Part shown: one piece after another, positions 14,500 to 27,697 of the stretch | How the letters are laid out: each line of letters begins with the position of its first letter | Position numbering within the stretch: position 1 is the first letter of the stretch | Origin: Octopus vulgaris | Taxonomy: Eukaryota | Direction of reading: 5' to 3' | Length of the DNA stretch: 64,000 nucleotides | NCBI GenBank assembly: GCA_951406725.2 | Contig: OX597815.1 | Span: forward strand, 87,730,001-87,794,000 | The notes under the pieces: generated by a model | Seen by the model: only the letters and a program-made list of their open reading frames with translations | What the model was told of the DNA's origin: nothing | Databases searched by the model: none | Translations under genes and position numbers: made by a program

Positions 14500-14975
14500 C
14501 CCTCAAGTTCGGTAAAAGCGAAATCGATATAGCTTAAATAGATGACAGAATGGACTAAATAGAACAGGAGGAAATACGTGGAATGGAAAGTTGCTGAAGA
14601 TGCCACAGGAGGTGTGATGGGAGATTTTCAGACAGAGGGCAATAAAATAAGAATAATAAATCTGAAGGAAGAGTCGATTGTTATAGATTAAATAGATGAG
14701 AGTGACAAAGAAAGTTCAAATGAAAGGCTTTGCCTTGAATATGCAACTGTAGATTGCCGGAAGCGGACAGGGTGAGGGGATTTGCTCTAGTGGTCAAGGG
14801 ATCCGTGGTTTTATAGGATTTCCACGTGCAGCCATCGGAGGTGTCCTCTCCTTCTGGGAATCTATCTTTTTTTTGTTTCTTCTTCTTTTTTTAATGTTTA
14901 TGTAACCCCCACATTGTATTGTTCTGTACCATCCTCGACATTTTTTGAACCATTGGCACTTAAGAAAGTAAACAC
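14500..14975 (+). mobile_element. Possible Tx1/L1-like 3' end and UTR fragment
   Basis: Purine-rich segment, then a GC-richer stretch, T-rich tract and A-rich end. Assignment by resemblance only. Confidence 0.3.
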
Positions 14976-15307
14976 TCCTCTCTCACGATTCTGCCAATTG
15001 ATGTAAATGCTGTTCAACACTCGATTAGGATATTTGGCGAATATCTGCGATCATCCTGGTCGTATAACGGAGTCTGATGTCGATAAACTCCGTTTTATTG
15101 CAGTTAATCTCAGTTGGTCGGCTAGAGTGAGACCCGCAAAAAACGCTTTCACACATTCACAGACGTGCGCGCGCACACATTTATGACTACACCAACGACT
15201 ACGTCTACCTTGACTACTTCTGATGTTACAATTACAGCCATCATTGAAATCATGACTATACAAGCGGTGAGTGTAAAAGGCTATCATTATAGTCGTAAAT
15301 TCTATGA

Positions 15308-15866
15308 CAGGGGTTCTCATCCATTTTTTTTTTATTTATGGAACCCTTTGATTATTATTTTATTCCGGTGGACCCCCATAGGCATTCGCTGTCTAAAGAC
15401 TAGTTGTATAGATACTTCTTTCAAAATCCCTATTTTGTTTTTCATACACTCACTTGAACTATGTAAAATGAGAAAGAAACCTTGCATACCAATACATACA
15501 TTTAAAGCATAAGTTTTCAGGGGGCCTTAAAATATTATTGCGGATAGTATACTATTGTTGTTGTTGTTGTTAAGCAACAAGACGGGTAAGGGTGATTAGG
15601 TGATGGTCTAGGGCTTAGGGGCGGGAGACCCCAGACCTTGGAAAAAAAACTTTGGTCGTCTTGTTGTAGTCGAGGGCTCTTCGTTGACGCCCGACACCAC
15701 TGGAAGGTTGCCTTCGAAGTCGCTGGAAATGGAGATCTACAGGTCCAAATTCTTGAACGGCGTATACTATTGTGGATAGTTTACTATTTTGTTGCGTGGA
15801 CGACCCAAAATCTTATATGGACTCTCGGGGAGGGGGCGTCATATGGAGCCCTGTTGAAAACCACTC
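15308..15866. mobile_element. hAT-type MITE with 8-bp TSD and internal cargo
   Basis: Ends CAGGGGTTCTCATCC and GTTGAAAACCACTC. Exact TSD TTCTATGA at 15300-15307 and 15867-15874. Confidence 0.75.
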
Positions 15867-16204
15867 TTCTATGACATTCTCCTCTCAAAGATACGATAAT
15901 CTGTGACACTTGACATAACTATCTCACGTTAGGATTCAAACAAATCAACTGAGATGATGACGTAAAGTGACGTCTTCAGCACAAATGTTGTTCTCGTCAC
16001 ACCCAAACAGTGTCACCTTATCAAATTCTTCAGCATTTTCGGAAACATCTGTAAAGAATTTTAACTCGTTCCTGTTACCCCTTCCGCCTCCTTTACCTTC
16101 TAGTTTCCTTAACCCATCGACTCCCATACTCTTCTCCCCCACTTTACCTTCCCTTTCTTGTTTCCCTTATCATCCACCCTACACCTCATGCTATTACTGC
16201 CGCT

Positions 16205-16258
<54 letters not shown>

Positions 16259-16458
16259 CACCACCACCACCACCACCACCACCACCACTACTACTACTAC
16301 AAAGCGAATCATACAGATGGGAGTTATAAAACATGTTGAGATGTACATACATACATACATACATACATACATACACACACACATACATACATACATACAT
16401 ACATACATACATACATACATACATACATACATACATACATACATACATACATACATAC

Positions 16459-17190
16459 ATAGTTGGCCAACAAATCCGTTCAATTTTATTTTTTAGCGAA
16501 GATAAGATACAAATTTTAAACACAAAGCGATTTATTCAATCAATGGTATAAGTACCGTTTGAGTACTTTCTGACATCTTGTGAGTAGATCTATTATTCCC
16601 TGCTCAAAGAATGTCCTGTTTTTACTGGTGGAAAACTCTTCAAGGTAAATTTTTACACCTTCTTCGGTGTTGAAGGATTGTCTGTTCAATGAATTCTGAA
16701 GAGACCGAAGCATGTGGAAATTAGAAGGCGCAAGATCGGGTGAATATGGAGGGTGCGACAAAACTTGGCCAAGCCCCAGTAACTTCTGCCACGTTCTGGC
16801 ATTGTCGTGATGAAAGATACACTTACGATTAGTAAGTACTGGACACTTCTAGTGTATAAAGGGGGTTGGTGTCAACAAACTCCATTTTGTCGTTGTTAAT
16901 CTTAGTTGGCCGGCCAGAGCGAGGTGCACCTTGAATCGAAAAATTTACCGATCGAAATCTTGAAAGGCACTTCTGGCGCACGCATTCCGTAACAACAGAT
17001 TCTCTGTACACAACACATATCTTTCTGCAGATTCCTGCCGCTTTCTTGGATGCTGCGTTGTGTTTTCGTGCAAAACACTTCAAGTTGTTCTGCGACTCGG
17101 TTACCATAAACAAGTCATCTGTGTTGGTTGTTCAGCAATAAGTCGCAAAACCTTCATTTGTCGTTTACGACAGGAGAATCCAAAAGTCTA
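16459..17190 (-). mobile_element. Internally deleted mariner (Tc1/mariner) element
   Basis: HTH region (ICVVYRESVVTECVRQKCLSRFR...APRSGRP) joined to catalytic C-terminus (IFHHDNART, HPPYSPDLAPSNFH). Lies between microsatellites. Confidence 0.88.
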
Positions 17191-17288
<98 letters not shown>

Positions 17289-17920
17289 GACCGACACAAG
17301 GTACCGGCAACTCGGGAAGTCGCCCGGGACGCCATATACTAGGGTGTGTGACAAAGACAAGACACACACACACACCCCCACACACACACACACACACCAC
17401 ATACTCACACAAACTAACACACATGCGCCTACACGCACATATATAACGAAATAACGAACAGATGTGGAGCAAAAAACGTAATACTATAGTTTAAGACAAA
17501 TTAAAAATCCGGCACACAAGTCGCCCATACAGAAGTAATAGGTCCTATCAAGATAGGATCGGGGTGCTCAAGATCTTAACAATCAGGATTTCCCCTCTAC
17601 ACGGTATATCAGTTTGTCGCAAAGTTACCTCCCGCCCACTGCTATCGTAGCAACATGAAATAAGGTACCTTGCACAAGGACTCAATGCAGCAACCTAGTC
17701 CATGAAGCGAACCCACAACTTTACTATAAAGAAACTAACACCTGAACCCATAATAAATCCCTAAATCCTATACATTATCCTTCATAATGTATAATAGGTA
17801 AAACTATAATTGAGATCTTATAATTAAGATAATATGCATCCGTTACACGGAGACTCCAAACAATACTTGAACACTCAAATCAATCAGTAAAGCTCTTTCT
17901 AAGGAGATAGAAATACAGGT

Positions 17921-18318
17921 CAGGCACGTGCCGTCAGTAATTACTCAGGGTAGGCAATTGGTGACCTTTAAGTAGTAAAATACACAAAAAATAAGCGAAA
18001 CAAGCGCGTGACTGAGTTGTAGGCAGAATTACTTCTGCATTTATAGCACGCAAAGAAAACGCTGTTGTAGGAATGTACGCGGCAGGTGTACTACAGTAGT
18101 AATATGCGTAGCTTAAATACTGAGGTTGAAAAGCGGGGCGAATTATGTCTGCCTAATCTATTAAAAATATTTTGCATTTTATACATAGTATTCAGAGTAA
18201 CCCTCATGATTTTATTGAATTAGGTGAATATTTTGCAATGAAAAGAAAATATTGCTATCGATCTATTTTATCCAAGGTAGGCACTGCCTACCTTGCCTAT
18301 CTAGACAGCACATCCCTG
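17921..18318. mobile_element. hAT-type MITE
   Basis: Imperfect TIRs CAGGCACGTGCCGTC / GACAGCACATCCCTG with subterminal GGTAGGCA/TGCCTACC. Degenerate 8-bp TSD ATACAGGT/ATAC(C)AGAT. Empty-site copy near 19180. Confidence 0.7.
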
Positions 18319-18557
18319 ATACCAGATGCACAATAAGGTAATCTCTCGACTACCGTGGGTGTTACGTTCCAAAGCCCACTGCGATAGGTGTACTGCACTG
18401 TATACTTTTAAAATTATTTTTATGATTTGTATATATTTATTTTATTATAAATGCAAAGCAACACCACAGAGGAATCGACAAAGCAATACATTAGATTAAC
18501 ACAAGAAAAGTAAAAATTAAATATAAAAATCACTAATACGAAACGTGTTAGCATAAT

Positions 18558-18725
18558 CTTTTCTACAATAGGCACAAGACTGGAGGTTGTAAGTCGATTA
18601 CCTCGACCCCAGTTCGTAACTGGTACTTATTTAATCGACTCTGAAAGGATGAAAGACAAAGTCGACCTCCTTGAAATTTCAGCTCAGAACGTAAGGATGG
18701 ATGAAATGCCGCTAAGCTCACCGCT
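18558..18725 (-). mobile_element. SINE-A, 5'-truncated
   Basis: Core CTGGTACTTATTTAATCGAC..GAAAGGATGAAAG. Confidence 0.8.
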
Positions 18726-19199
18726 ATAAAATATGTTAACATTCTACACACACATTTTAACACCCAACATAGATACATAAACACAGCGATATAACTGTAA
18801 GAGTTCCTCCAAATCCTTTCCTACAACACATAAAACAAATAGATAAATAGAATTAAAAAGAAACTGTACAGCTCCACATATGAAACATCCAACTTAGGCA
18901 AAATAAAACACGCCACCACCTCAAACCATGAAAATAAATCCCAGAATCAAAATATCAAATAAATAAACCAAAGCAAAGAGGAAACTGGCAAACATTATTT
19001 GCATCTCGTAAAATATTTAAAACAAGCAATAAAACACTATAGTAAAACATATCAACTAAAACAACGGTTATACCTTACCACATGTCATAATAACCTCAAG
19101 TAATATACTCCAGCAGTAAGCAAACTATCTTCTCAAACACATTTCTCAAATCAATCACTAAAGCTCTCACTAAGAAGATAGAAATACAGATGCACAATG

Positions 19200-19258
19200 C
19201 AGTAATCCCTCGACTATCGCGGGTGTTACGTTCTCCGCGATATGGCGAGGGATTACTG
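19200..19258. mobile_element. 59-bp Tigger/pogo-like mini-MITE
   Basis: CAGTAATCCCTCG..TATCGCGG / CCGCGATA..CGAGGGATTACTG followed by TA. Confidence 0.7.
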
Positions 19259-19351
19259 TACTTCGTAAAGAAGCGTTATTTAGATGATTGATGATATTTG
19301 TTTTAATTGTTTGGGAAATGGTTGAATCCATAAAGTACAACGACTAAGAGT

Positions 19352-19582
19352 TTGGCGAGCTGGCAGAAACGTTAGCGCGCCGGGCGAAATGCTTAGCGGT
19401 ATTTCGTCTGTCGTTACGTTCTGAGTTCAAATTCCGCCGAGGTCGACTTTGCCTTTCATCCTTTCGGGGGCGATAAATAAGGTACCAGTTTCGCACTGGG
19501 GTCAATGTAATCGACTTAATCCCTTTGTCTGTCCTTGTTTGCCCCCTCTATGTTTAGCCCCTTGTGAGCAGTAAAGAAATAT
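19352..19582 (+). mobile_element. SINE-A (tRNA-type head, Meta-like central domain, tail type i)
   Basis: A box TGGCAGAAACG, B box GAGTTCAAATTCC, core GTCGACTTTGCCTTTCATCCTTTCGGGG..ATAA..GTACCAG. Confidence 0.85.
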
Positions 19583-19989
19583 ATTACCAAAAAATACAGT
19601 AAATCCATGTCCAACACTTAACTTTCACAATGGTCATATTCACCAATTTCTATGTTTTTGATCTGGATAGTATAGTTCACTGTCGTTGTTGCTGTTGTTT
19701 AGTCTTAGGTCAGCCATAACCGATGATAAAAGGCATTTCAGTTCTATATTTAAGAGATGAGGAATTATGGGATCTTTTCACTTTGACCGGCAGATTTAAA
19801 AAATAATTTTTTGTAACTAAACACTTTTAAACTTCATATACTGGTAGAATGTGTCGCATAAAACATCTTTTTCTCTAAGCGTTCTTGAGAAAATTCCGTA
19901 GTTTGTAAGCTATTTGTTGTTAAATTTCTCGTATTTCGGCAATTTCAACCAATCAATGACGTCTATTGAAGTGAATACAATTACTGCTG

Positions 19990-20400
19990 TTTTACAACAA
20001 TTCTACAAATCCTAGAAAGAGTCATCCTTGACATCGTCAATCCAGTCTTTTCTTTCAGACTCACAGCATGGATTTAGATTACTCACCCGCTACAAACATT
20101 AGTAAAAGAATACGTAACAGCTTCAATAGCATAAAAAATATGCACTTATTATTTCTAACACCCATTAATATTAACAATTATCTTGGTTCCTTTCTTCATT
20201 ATATACTTATAAACAGAATATTAAACATATCCGTAGAACAATATACTAATTTAAGTATAATACATATATAGATTTCGATATTTCGTGAATTGAACACCTC
20301 AAGGATTTATCCTCTCACACACACTGTTTAACTTAGATGGCTTTCCCTAGACTCCCATAAAATATAAATGTAATTTTCTATGTAGAACATTGTAATTCCC
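19990..20400 (+). mobile_element. Ancient non-LTR RT fragment
   Basis: TILQILERVILDIV / LSDSQHGFR / TPQGFILSHTLFNL in colinear order, with frameshifts. Confidence 0.55.
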
Positions 20401-20864
20401 TAGGAATATCTGTGCTCCAACCCTACATCAGTCACATAGAAAGCTAACTATAAACAGTTACACAAAATAAGCTGCTACCAAATTTATCATTTCTCTTCTT
20501 ACCCAAATCACAAAAGAACAAAATACAAAATACAAAATACAAAATAAAAAGTACATTACACTCAACATAAACATGGAACACCAGCGAGGTATCCCCCAGT
20601 AGACCTGTTGAAGAAATTGCTACCAAATCTCCCTAAAATCTCGCCATTTTAAAAAATGGAAAGAACTCATTGCGCAACGTAGTCATTGGTACACTATGCT
20701 CGCAACACCATACAGTATGGTCCTGGCAGGAACCCTTTTGATTATAAGTCTAATTAAACCCTTGATTTTGGGTTAAAAAACCCAACAACGTTAACATACC
20801 ACATACAAATATCCTACACGACCACTTCAACAATCACAAGTGTAAACATTTTTAAAACAAGACG

Positions 20865-20951
<87 letters not shown>

Positions 20952-21403
20952 GTATTATTTTGACAATATGGCTATACGAACCCGGTGGCAAATCTGCAAT
21001 TCCCTGCTGGGAATTGTTTTAGTTAAGATACCAATTATAAATCCCACTCTTGGGAAAGCCGCGGACGTCATGTCATAGCTTCAGATCTAATGTTTCTCCA
21101 TCTACTAAGCCAATATTTAAATATGCAACTATTATTTATTTCAGAAGATGAACGTTTCATTTGGTTAAAACATCATTTGACGGTGGCAATGTTTTGATTG
21201 GGGGACTTAATACTTACAACAATAGTAACATCATCACCATCTGCATCACAGCAGCCACAACTCACCAGTACCACTGCCACCACCAATATTAATCGTACGA
21301 GCGAACGACGGAGTCATTATATAATTGCTCTCTGCTAGAGTTAGCAGCCGAATCTTTTTCAAATCGCACTATATCGTTCTGCATAAAAAGAAAATATTGG
21401 AAT

Positions 21404-21492
<89 letters not shown>

Positions 21493-21638
21493 TACACACA
21501 CACGCACAAACAGACATACACATAATGCAGGCGCATGGTCTGGTGGTTAGGCTGTTACACCCACAATCGCTAGATCGCAGGTTCAATTCGTCTGTACGTC
21601 TGTACAAGAGAATATGCTGTCCTATATAATATATATCT

Positions 21639-21690
<52 letters not shown>

Positions 21691-21912
21691 ACATACACAC
21701 ACACACAAACAGACATATACATAATGCAGGCGCATGGTCTAGTGGTTAGGGTGTTACACCCACAATCGCTAGATCGCAGGTTCAATTCGTTTGTACGTCT
21801 GTACAAGAGAATATGCTGTCCTATATAATATATATCTATTCACACACACACACTCACACACACACACTCACACACACACACTCACACACACACACACTCA
21901 CATACACACACA

Positions 21913-21960
<48 letters not shown>

Positions 21961-21969
21961 TATACATAA

Positions 21970-22227
21970 TGCAGGCGTATGGTCTAGTGGTTAGGCTGTT
22001 ACACCCACAATCGCTAGATCGCAGGTTCAATTCCCAGACCAGACAGCGCGTTGCGTTCTTGAGCAAAACACTTCATTTCACATTGTTCCAGTCCAACTTT
22101 CAATCAGAGGTGGGGAACGTTGACCTACTTCCCTAACCTGCTAAGTCGTGTCATTCGTAGGATAAACCGATGCAAAGCGCATTGTGACCAGAGATGGGTA
22201 ACATCTGATGGGCTATTCGGTCACATG

Positions 22228-22230
<3 letters not shown>
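21970..22230 (+). mobile_element. SINE-D (tRNA-type head), preceded by two tandem copies of its head
   Basis: A box TGGTCTAGTGG, B box GGTTCAATTCC, GTTCTTGAGCAAAACACTT. Related pieces near 17520-17750(-), 32000-32230, 39490-39620(-), 55660-55940, 62790-62970 and 63340-63480(-). Confidence 0.8.
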
Positions 22231-22258
<28 letters not shown>

Positions 22259-22487
22259 AATAAAATATATGCATATATATAAACATATATGTACGTACCT
22301 ACCTCTACATGTACATATACACGCATATATGTGTACAGGACACCAAAAGGACGTCGAACACATAGAGAGACGAAAAACATAGACACAAACCAAGGAACAA
22401 GACAAGCAAAAAAAGGAGATACAGGACAGTAAGCACAACGAAAAATCCCCTTCTTCAGTCGCTAAAGTTTCATCTACTAAACGTTTC

Positions 22488-22860
22488 AAACGGCAGTTTG
22501 TCTGTGCGTGTTTCTGTGTGTCTGTTTGCTTGTACCCTCACCCTGACCACGGCTTTCAACCGATTCTGATGAAACTTGACACACACATAGCCCAATGTCA
22601 TAATTCAAAACTAACGCAGCGAAAATTTTGAAAAGTTCCCCCAGTTCTGAAAAAATCGATAAATTCGACATGGGGTCGAGAATCAGGAATACGAACCACA
22701 AACAGTCTAGGGGACGCAACTCTACCTTTTTTAAATCTCAAAAAAAAATTTACCATAATTTTTTTTTCCATTTTTTTGCTACTTTTTGGCTATAACTCTC
22801 TAAAAATGCTTTATAGTTATTTCCCTTACAAACCTGAGCAACGCCGGGCGATACTGCTAG
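22488..22860 (+). mobile_element. Non-autonomous Helitron-type element, 5' terminus missing
   Basis: GTCTG-type microsatellite at the start, ACCGATTCTGATGAAACTTG motif, 3' end CCTGAGCAACGCCGGGCGATACTGCTAG|T. Confidence 0.7.
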
Positions 22861-22924
<64 letters not shown>

Positions 22925-24105
22925 TGTGTGTGTGTGTGTATATGAAATGAGAGAAACTGAATAATCCATGCGAAAAACTTGGCTAACAGAATGTCAAGTG
23001 AAAACGGTTGCATTCTGCATACTTTAAACCCTCAGATCTATCCTTACGAGATATAAATCAGAAGGAATCCCTACCGCACTTAATTAGTGAATTAATTTAA
23101 GAATCAATTAATGAAATTATTTGCCTTCTGCAATTCTCATTAGACCTTAAAGTTATAGTAAATTCTTAGAATTTTCAACAAGCATGTCGTGTTTAAGATT
23201 ATCAGAGTTATAAACATCAAGTATTCCCCATCCAAGATAATTAAGTAGCTGGAGGTTGTAAATAATAGGCATATCAGATTATTATATTTGAATTGGTATG
23301 AACTCGCAAATGCCACAGTCCTCAAGTTTAATTGTATGCTTGTACAATGAATAGAGAGGGAAGAAAGTTTTTGAAGCAAAATCACCAAGATATTGGATAC
23401 CGAGATATATTTACTACTATGATCACAAAGTGGCTGTAATGGGGGTGTAGTAAGAGGAGAAGAAGACACAGAAAAGAGATTTGAAAGTAACTTCGAATGA
23501 ATAAATATAAATTATTGTACCTCTATAATTGATTCTAGATAATATTAGGGTCACTACAGTTAAATGGAATTAAATTAAGTGCAATAGGTTAAGGATTAGG
23601 TGAAAGATTAGTTACGGAATAAGTAATCGGTATGTTACATAAGAGAGAATTAAAATAGGGAGAGAGAGAATCCACAAGAAGAGGACACAAGCATTAATCT
23701 TAGTTGAACCTAGATAAGTTGTTTATGCAGTATTTTATAAGAAAATTTAAATAACTTATATTAGATAGATGTGAACAATGGATCTTTCCTCCTATTTCTC
23801 TCTAGTATTAGTTTCTATATTTATAGAAAGGGAAATGCAGGCGGTCACCTTTGTGAAAACCACCCTCATTTCCGGGAACGCTTTTATGCAGTGTAAAATA
23901 TGAATACTCACCACCTCAGGAACTTGTGCCTCGTCACTCGACCCAATGATTATATCAAAGGTTTTGTGCTTAACTTTCCTAGTTCAGTATTTGCCAGCGA
24001 ATCAATAATCGTTCTCCTAGCCCCTGAAATCGTATACTTTACTTTGCCTAAATTTCTGTGAATTTTCATTGCAAAAATACATACATATACAAATATATAT
24101 ATACT

Positions 24106-24159
<54 letters not shown>

Positions 24160-24327
24160 CATACATACATGCATACATACATATATACATACATACATAT
24201 ATATATATATATACACACATACACACATACATACGTATGTATGTGTGTGTCTGTGTATGTATGTATGTATGTATGTATGTATGTATGTATGTATGTATGT
24301 ATGTGTATCTGTGTATACATATACTTA

Positions 24328-26920
24328 TGTCAGGTCGCTCTCGAGTGCTACTGGTACCATGTAGCCCAGTACAACCTGTTCCATGGTCGGGTCGTCGGTG
24401 ACTAAACTGGCAACCCCACCAGGCTTGCTTGGTGAGGTGGGTGCTTGCTGAACACCCTGATGTTCGCATCACTAGGGCAATGAGGGGAGCTGACTGCTGG
24501 TCAGATCACCTGCTGTTGAGGTGCAGTCTGTCCTTTTCCATCATCAGCAGACACAGACGCCAGAAAGCTGATGTTAAAAAGAAACGTCCAGAAACTCAAT
24601 GAACCAAAAACAAAAGAGACCCTCATTGCCAACCTTGCGAACCAGCTTGAACATCTGCCAGCAGAGGGAAACCCTGAGAAGGCCTGGGCCAACTTCCGGG
24701 ATGCAGTGTATGACTTTGCCAGCCTTACCCTTGGCCACACAAAACGGAAACACCAAGACTGGTTTGACAACAACAAGGAGATCACTATCCTCCTCAAGGA
24801 GAAGAAAGAAACCTTCACAGCCTGGCTCAAAGACAAAGACTCCCAAGCCAAGCACGACCGCCCCAAAAACACCAGAGAAAAGGCGCAGACTGAGCTGCAA
24901 CAGATGAAAGACAAGTGGTGGGAAAACAAGGCTGCAGAACTACAGTAGCATGCAGACGAGCACAACTCCAAGAAGTTCTTTGTCAGCCTGAAAAATGTGT
25001 ATGGCCCCACGCTAAATGCAATGGCACCTGTGCGCTCTGCCGATGGAACCCTGCTTACTGAAAAGAGCGACATCATACAACGCTGGAGTGAACACTTCAG
25101 TCAGCTGCTAAACAGACCTTCCCATATTGACCAACAGGTCATCCAAGACATGCCACAGCGCCCAATCCTGGTGTCGCTTGATGACCCCCTAACACTGGCA
25201 GAAATCTAGAAGGCCATCAAGCAACAACATGTGGGGAAAGCACCTGGTTTTGACGGAATAGCCCCAGAAATCTTCAAAGAGGGAGGGGAATTTGTTGCCA
25301 TCAAGTTGACTGAGCTGATACAGTAGTTATGGACGAAGGGTCAGTGCCGCAGGACTTCAAGAATGCCAACATCGTGCATCTGTACAAGAACAAGGGGAAC
25401 AGAGCTTCATATGACAACCACAGAGGCATCTCATTGCTGAGCATCGCAGAAAAGATCATGGCCCGTGTTTTTCTGAACCGCACCACACACCACCTACTGG
25501 ACTACGTGGTCTCAGAGAGCCAACGTGGATTTAGGAACAACAGGGGGACAATAGACATGGTCTTTGCAGTACGGCAGATACAAGAGAAGTGCCAAGAACA
25601 AAACCAGAATCTCTACATCCTCTTCGTGGACCTGACGAAGGCTTTTGACACTGTCAGCCGAGAGGGCCTGTGGGATATCTTGTCCAAGATAGGCTGCCCA
25701 CTAAAACTCGCCAGGATCATCCAGTCATTTCATGATGGTATGATGTCTCGCATCGAGGAAAACGGAGATGTCTCTGACGCATTCCCGATCTTCAATGGCG
25801 TGAAGCAAGGCTGCGTGATGGCTCCCACACTCTTCAACCTCATGTTTTCCACTATGCTCTTCCACACCCTGTCAAAGTCTGATGCTGGTGTCACTCTTCG
25901 CTACAGATGTGACGGTCGATTCTTTGACCTCAGACGTCTGAAGGCAAAAACCAAAGTCCTGGACGCCCTAGTGAGAGACTTCCGGCTTACAGACGATTGT
26001 GCGCTTGCAGTATTGAATGAACCAGACCTGCAAGAACTTGTCACTTGTCTCTCAGAAGCAGCAAAAGCCTTCGGACTAACCATTAGCCTGAGAAAAACTG
26101 AAGTGATGCTTCAGCCTGCACTCGGACTGACCTCCTGAGACTCAGATTGAGATTGAGGGTACAACTCTGAACAACGTGGAGAGATTTACATACCTGGGAA
26201 GCTGCTTGTCCTCAAACTGCAGCATGGACAAAGATGTCTCTATGAGGCTTGCAAAAGCAGGAGCTTCGTTTGGCAGACTTTGGACACGTGTGTTGGCCGA
26301 ACGAGGCATCAGACATTCCACCAAGCTGGCAGTCCATAGGGCAGTCGTCATCACCTCTCTTCTCTACAGCTGTGGGACGTGGACGCTGTATAGGAGGCAA
26401 ATGCGAGTACTTGACCAGTTCCACCTCCGTTTCTTGCGACGAATCATGGAAAGTTCCTGGAAGGACAGAGTCTCCAACACTGAGGTGCTTCGCAGAGCCG
26501 AAATGCCCGGGATCGAAGCCCTCATCATGAAGGCCCAGCTCCGGTGGGTCGGACATGTAGTCCGAATGGACGACGCGCCTCTACCAAAGATGATCTTCTC
26601 TGAGCTGGCTTCTGGAGCAAGAAACCCTGGAAGGCCAATGAGGTGATACAAGGACAGCCTGATAACTTCCCTTGAGACTTGCAACATTTCAGCCCGTGGC
26701 TGGGAATCGCTTGCCTCTGACCGCGGGGCCTGGCGTCCAGCTGTCCAAAAGAGTGTTAGGCTGTTCGAGGAAAAGCGCCTCAAGAGCCTGGAGCAGAAGC
26801 GACAAGCCCGAAAAGAGAGGATCCCCAACCCTACTTCTGCTGTTACTTGTCCAACATGTGGTCGTGTCTGCGCGTCCGCCTCTGGGTTCCGCTCCCATCT
26901 CCGGCGTCACTGATTTCCAT
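24328..26920 (+). mobile_element. RTE/BovB-clade LINE, internally deleted, with 14-bp TSD
   Basis: TSD TATACATATACTTA at 24314-24327 and 26921-26934. End of APE domain (DVRITRAMRGADCWSDH), RT motifs (YDNHRGISLL, QRGFR, FVDLTKAFD, GVKQGC, LTDD, FTYLGS), C-terminal LRWVGHVVRM and C2H2 finger CPTCGRVC...SHLRRH*. Confidence 0.95.
24460..26913 (+). pseudogene. Disrupted RTE ORF (partial endonuclease, RT, zinc finger)
   Basis: In-frame stops near 24946, 25207, 26136 and 26644, a frameshift near 25325, and the ADD motif altered to LTDD. Confidence 0.9.
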
Positions 26921-27697
26921 TATACATATACTTAATACATATGCATATACATAAAGACAGAGAAAGCGAGAGGGAGAGAGAGAGAGAGACTAAAAACACA
27001 ATGCACTTTAATAATTTGTTTTACTTTAAATCTCTGTCATGTGTATATGCGTATGTGTGCAGGGAGCCACAATAGAAACAAGCATACGTAAAAAAAAAAA
27101 AAACTTCAATTAACTGAGATTCTCCTTGCAGTTAGAAAACAAAAAAAAAATCCCTCAAGAGTTGTTGGCTATTTATGAACTGTATGCAACTATTTATAAA
27201 CGGTATGTAAGAGTGGTAACTCCAATAATAGCAGCCACTCCTAGTATTTTTTAAAAATATATCGTTTTGGAAAGAAGAATTGTGACATGATCTTTTTTGA
27301 AGTAGTTGTCGGTGGCATGATTATATAATTAATGAATATTATTTGCACAGTCAGTGTGTATTAGAAGATATAAAATAGACTTAGTTTAGTCAGCCTGCAC
27401 TTTATAATGTCTACGCTGTGGAAAATAAACAAAGGACTAATACACGGAAGCAAACTAGCATAGCTTCTGGAATGCGTTTGGCTTAAATAGAGATTCCTAT
27501 CAAGTTTTATCCGTGAGTAAAAGGGTGAGAGTGACTTTATCCTCTGAAGTATGGCCAACCAGTCATGAAACATGAAAGGATAATTTTCTTTTATTTTCTA
27601 GGGAGCGAAGAGAATAACAAGATGCGTTTACATCTGTATACTTTCTACGGCGTAGGCGTTATCAACCTTAGACTAACTATATTAAATTAATCTTATA

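Noticed and set aside
21520-22040. tRNA genes or a CRISPR-like array
   Set aside because: The repeats are SINE heads without a complete cloverleaf, the spacers are identical rather than unique, and the context is eukaryotic with no cas genes.
22566-22576. CTGATGAAAC as a hammerhead core
   Set aside because: No stem II between the boxes; it is a common internal motif of the Helitron-like element.
23030-23830. Possible ancient LINE on the minus strand (ORF 23140-23469)
   Set aside because: No diagnostic motif clear enough to call.
24328-24455. HDV-like ribozyme in the RTE leader
   Set aside because: A hairpin is present but P1, P1.1 and P3 could not be assembled by eye.
24501-26910. Antisense ORFs over the RTE element
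   Set aside because: Shadow frames of the GC-richer LINE coding sequence.
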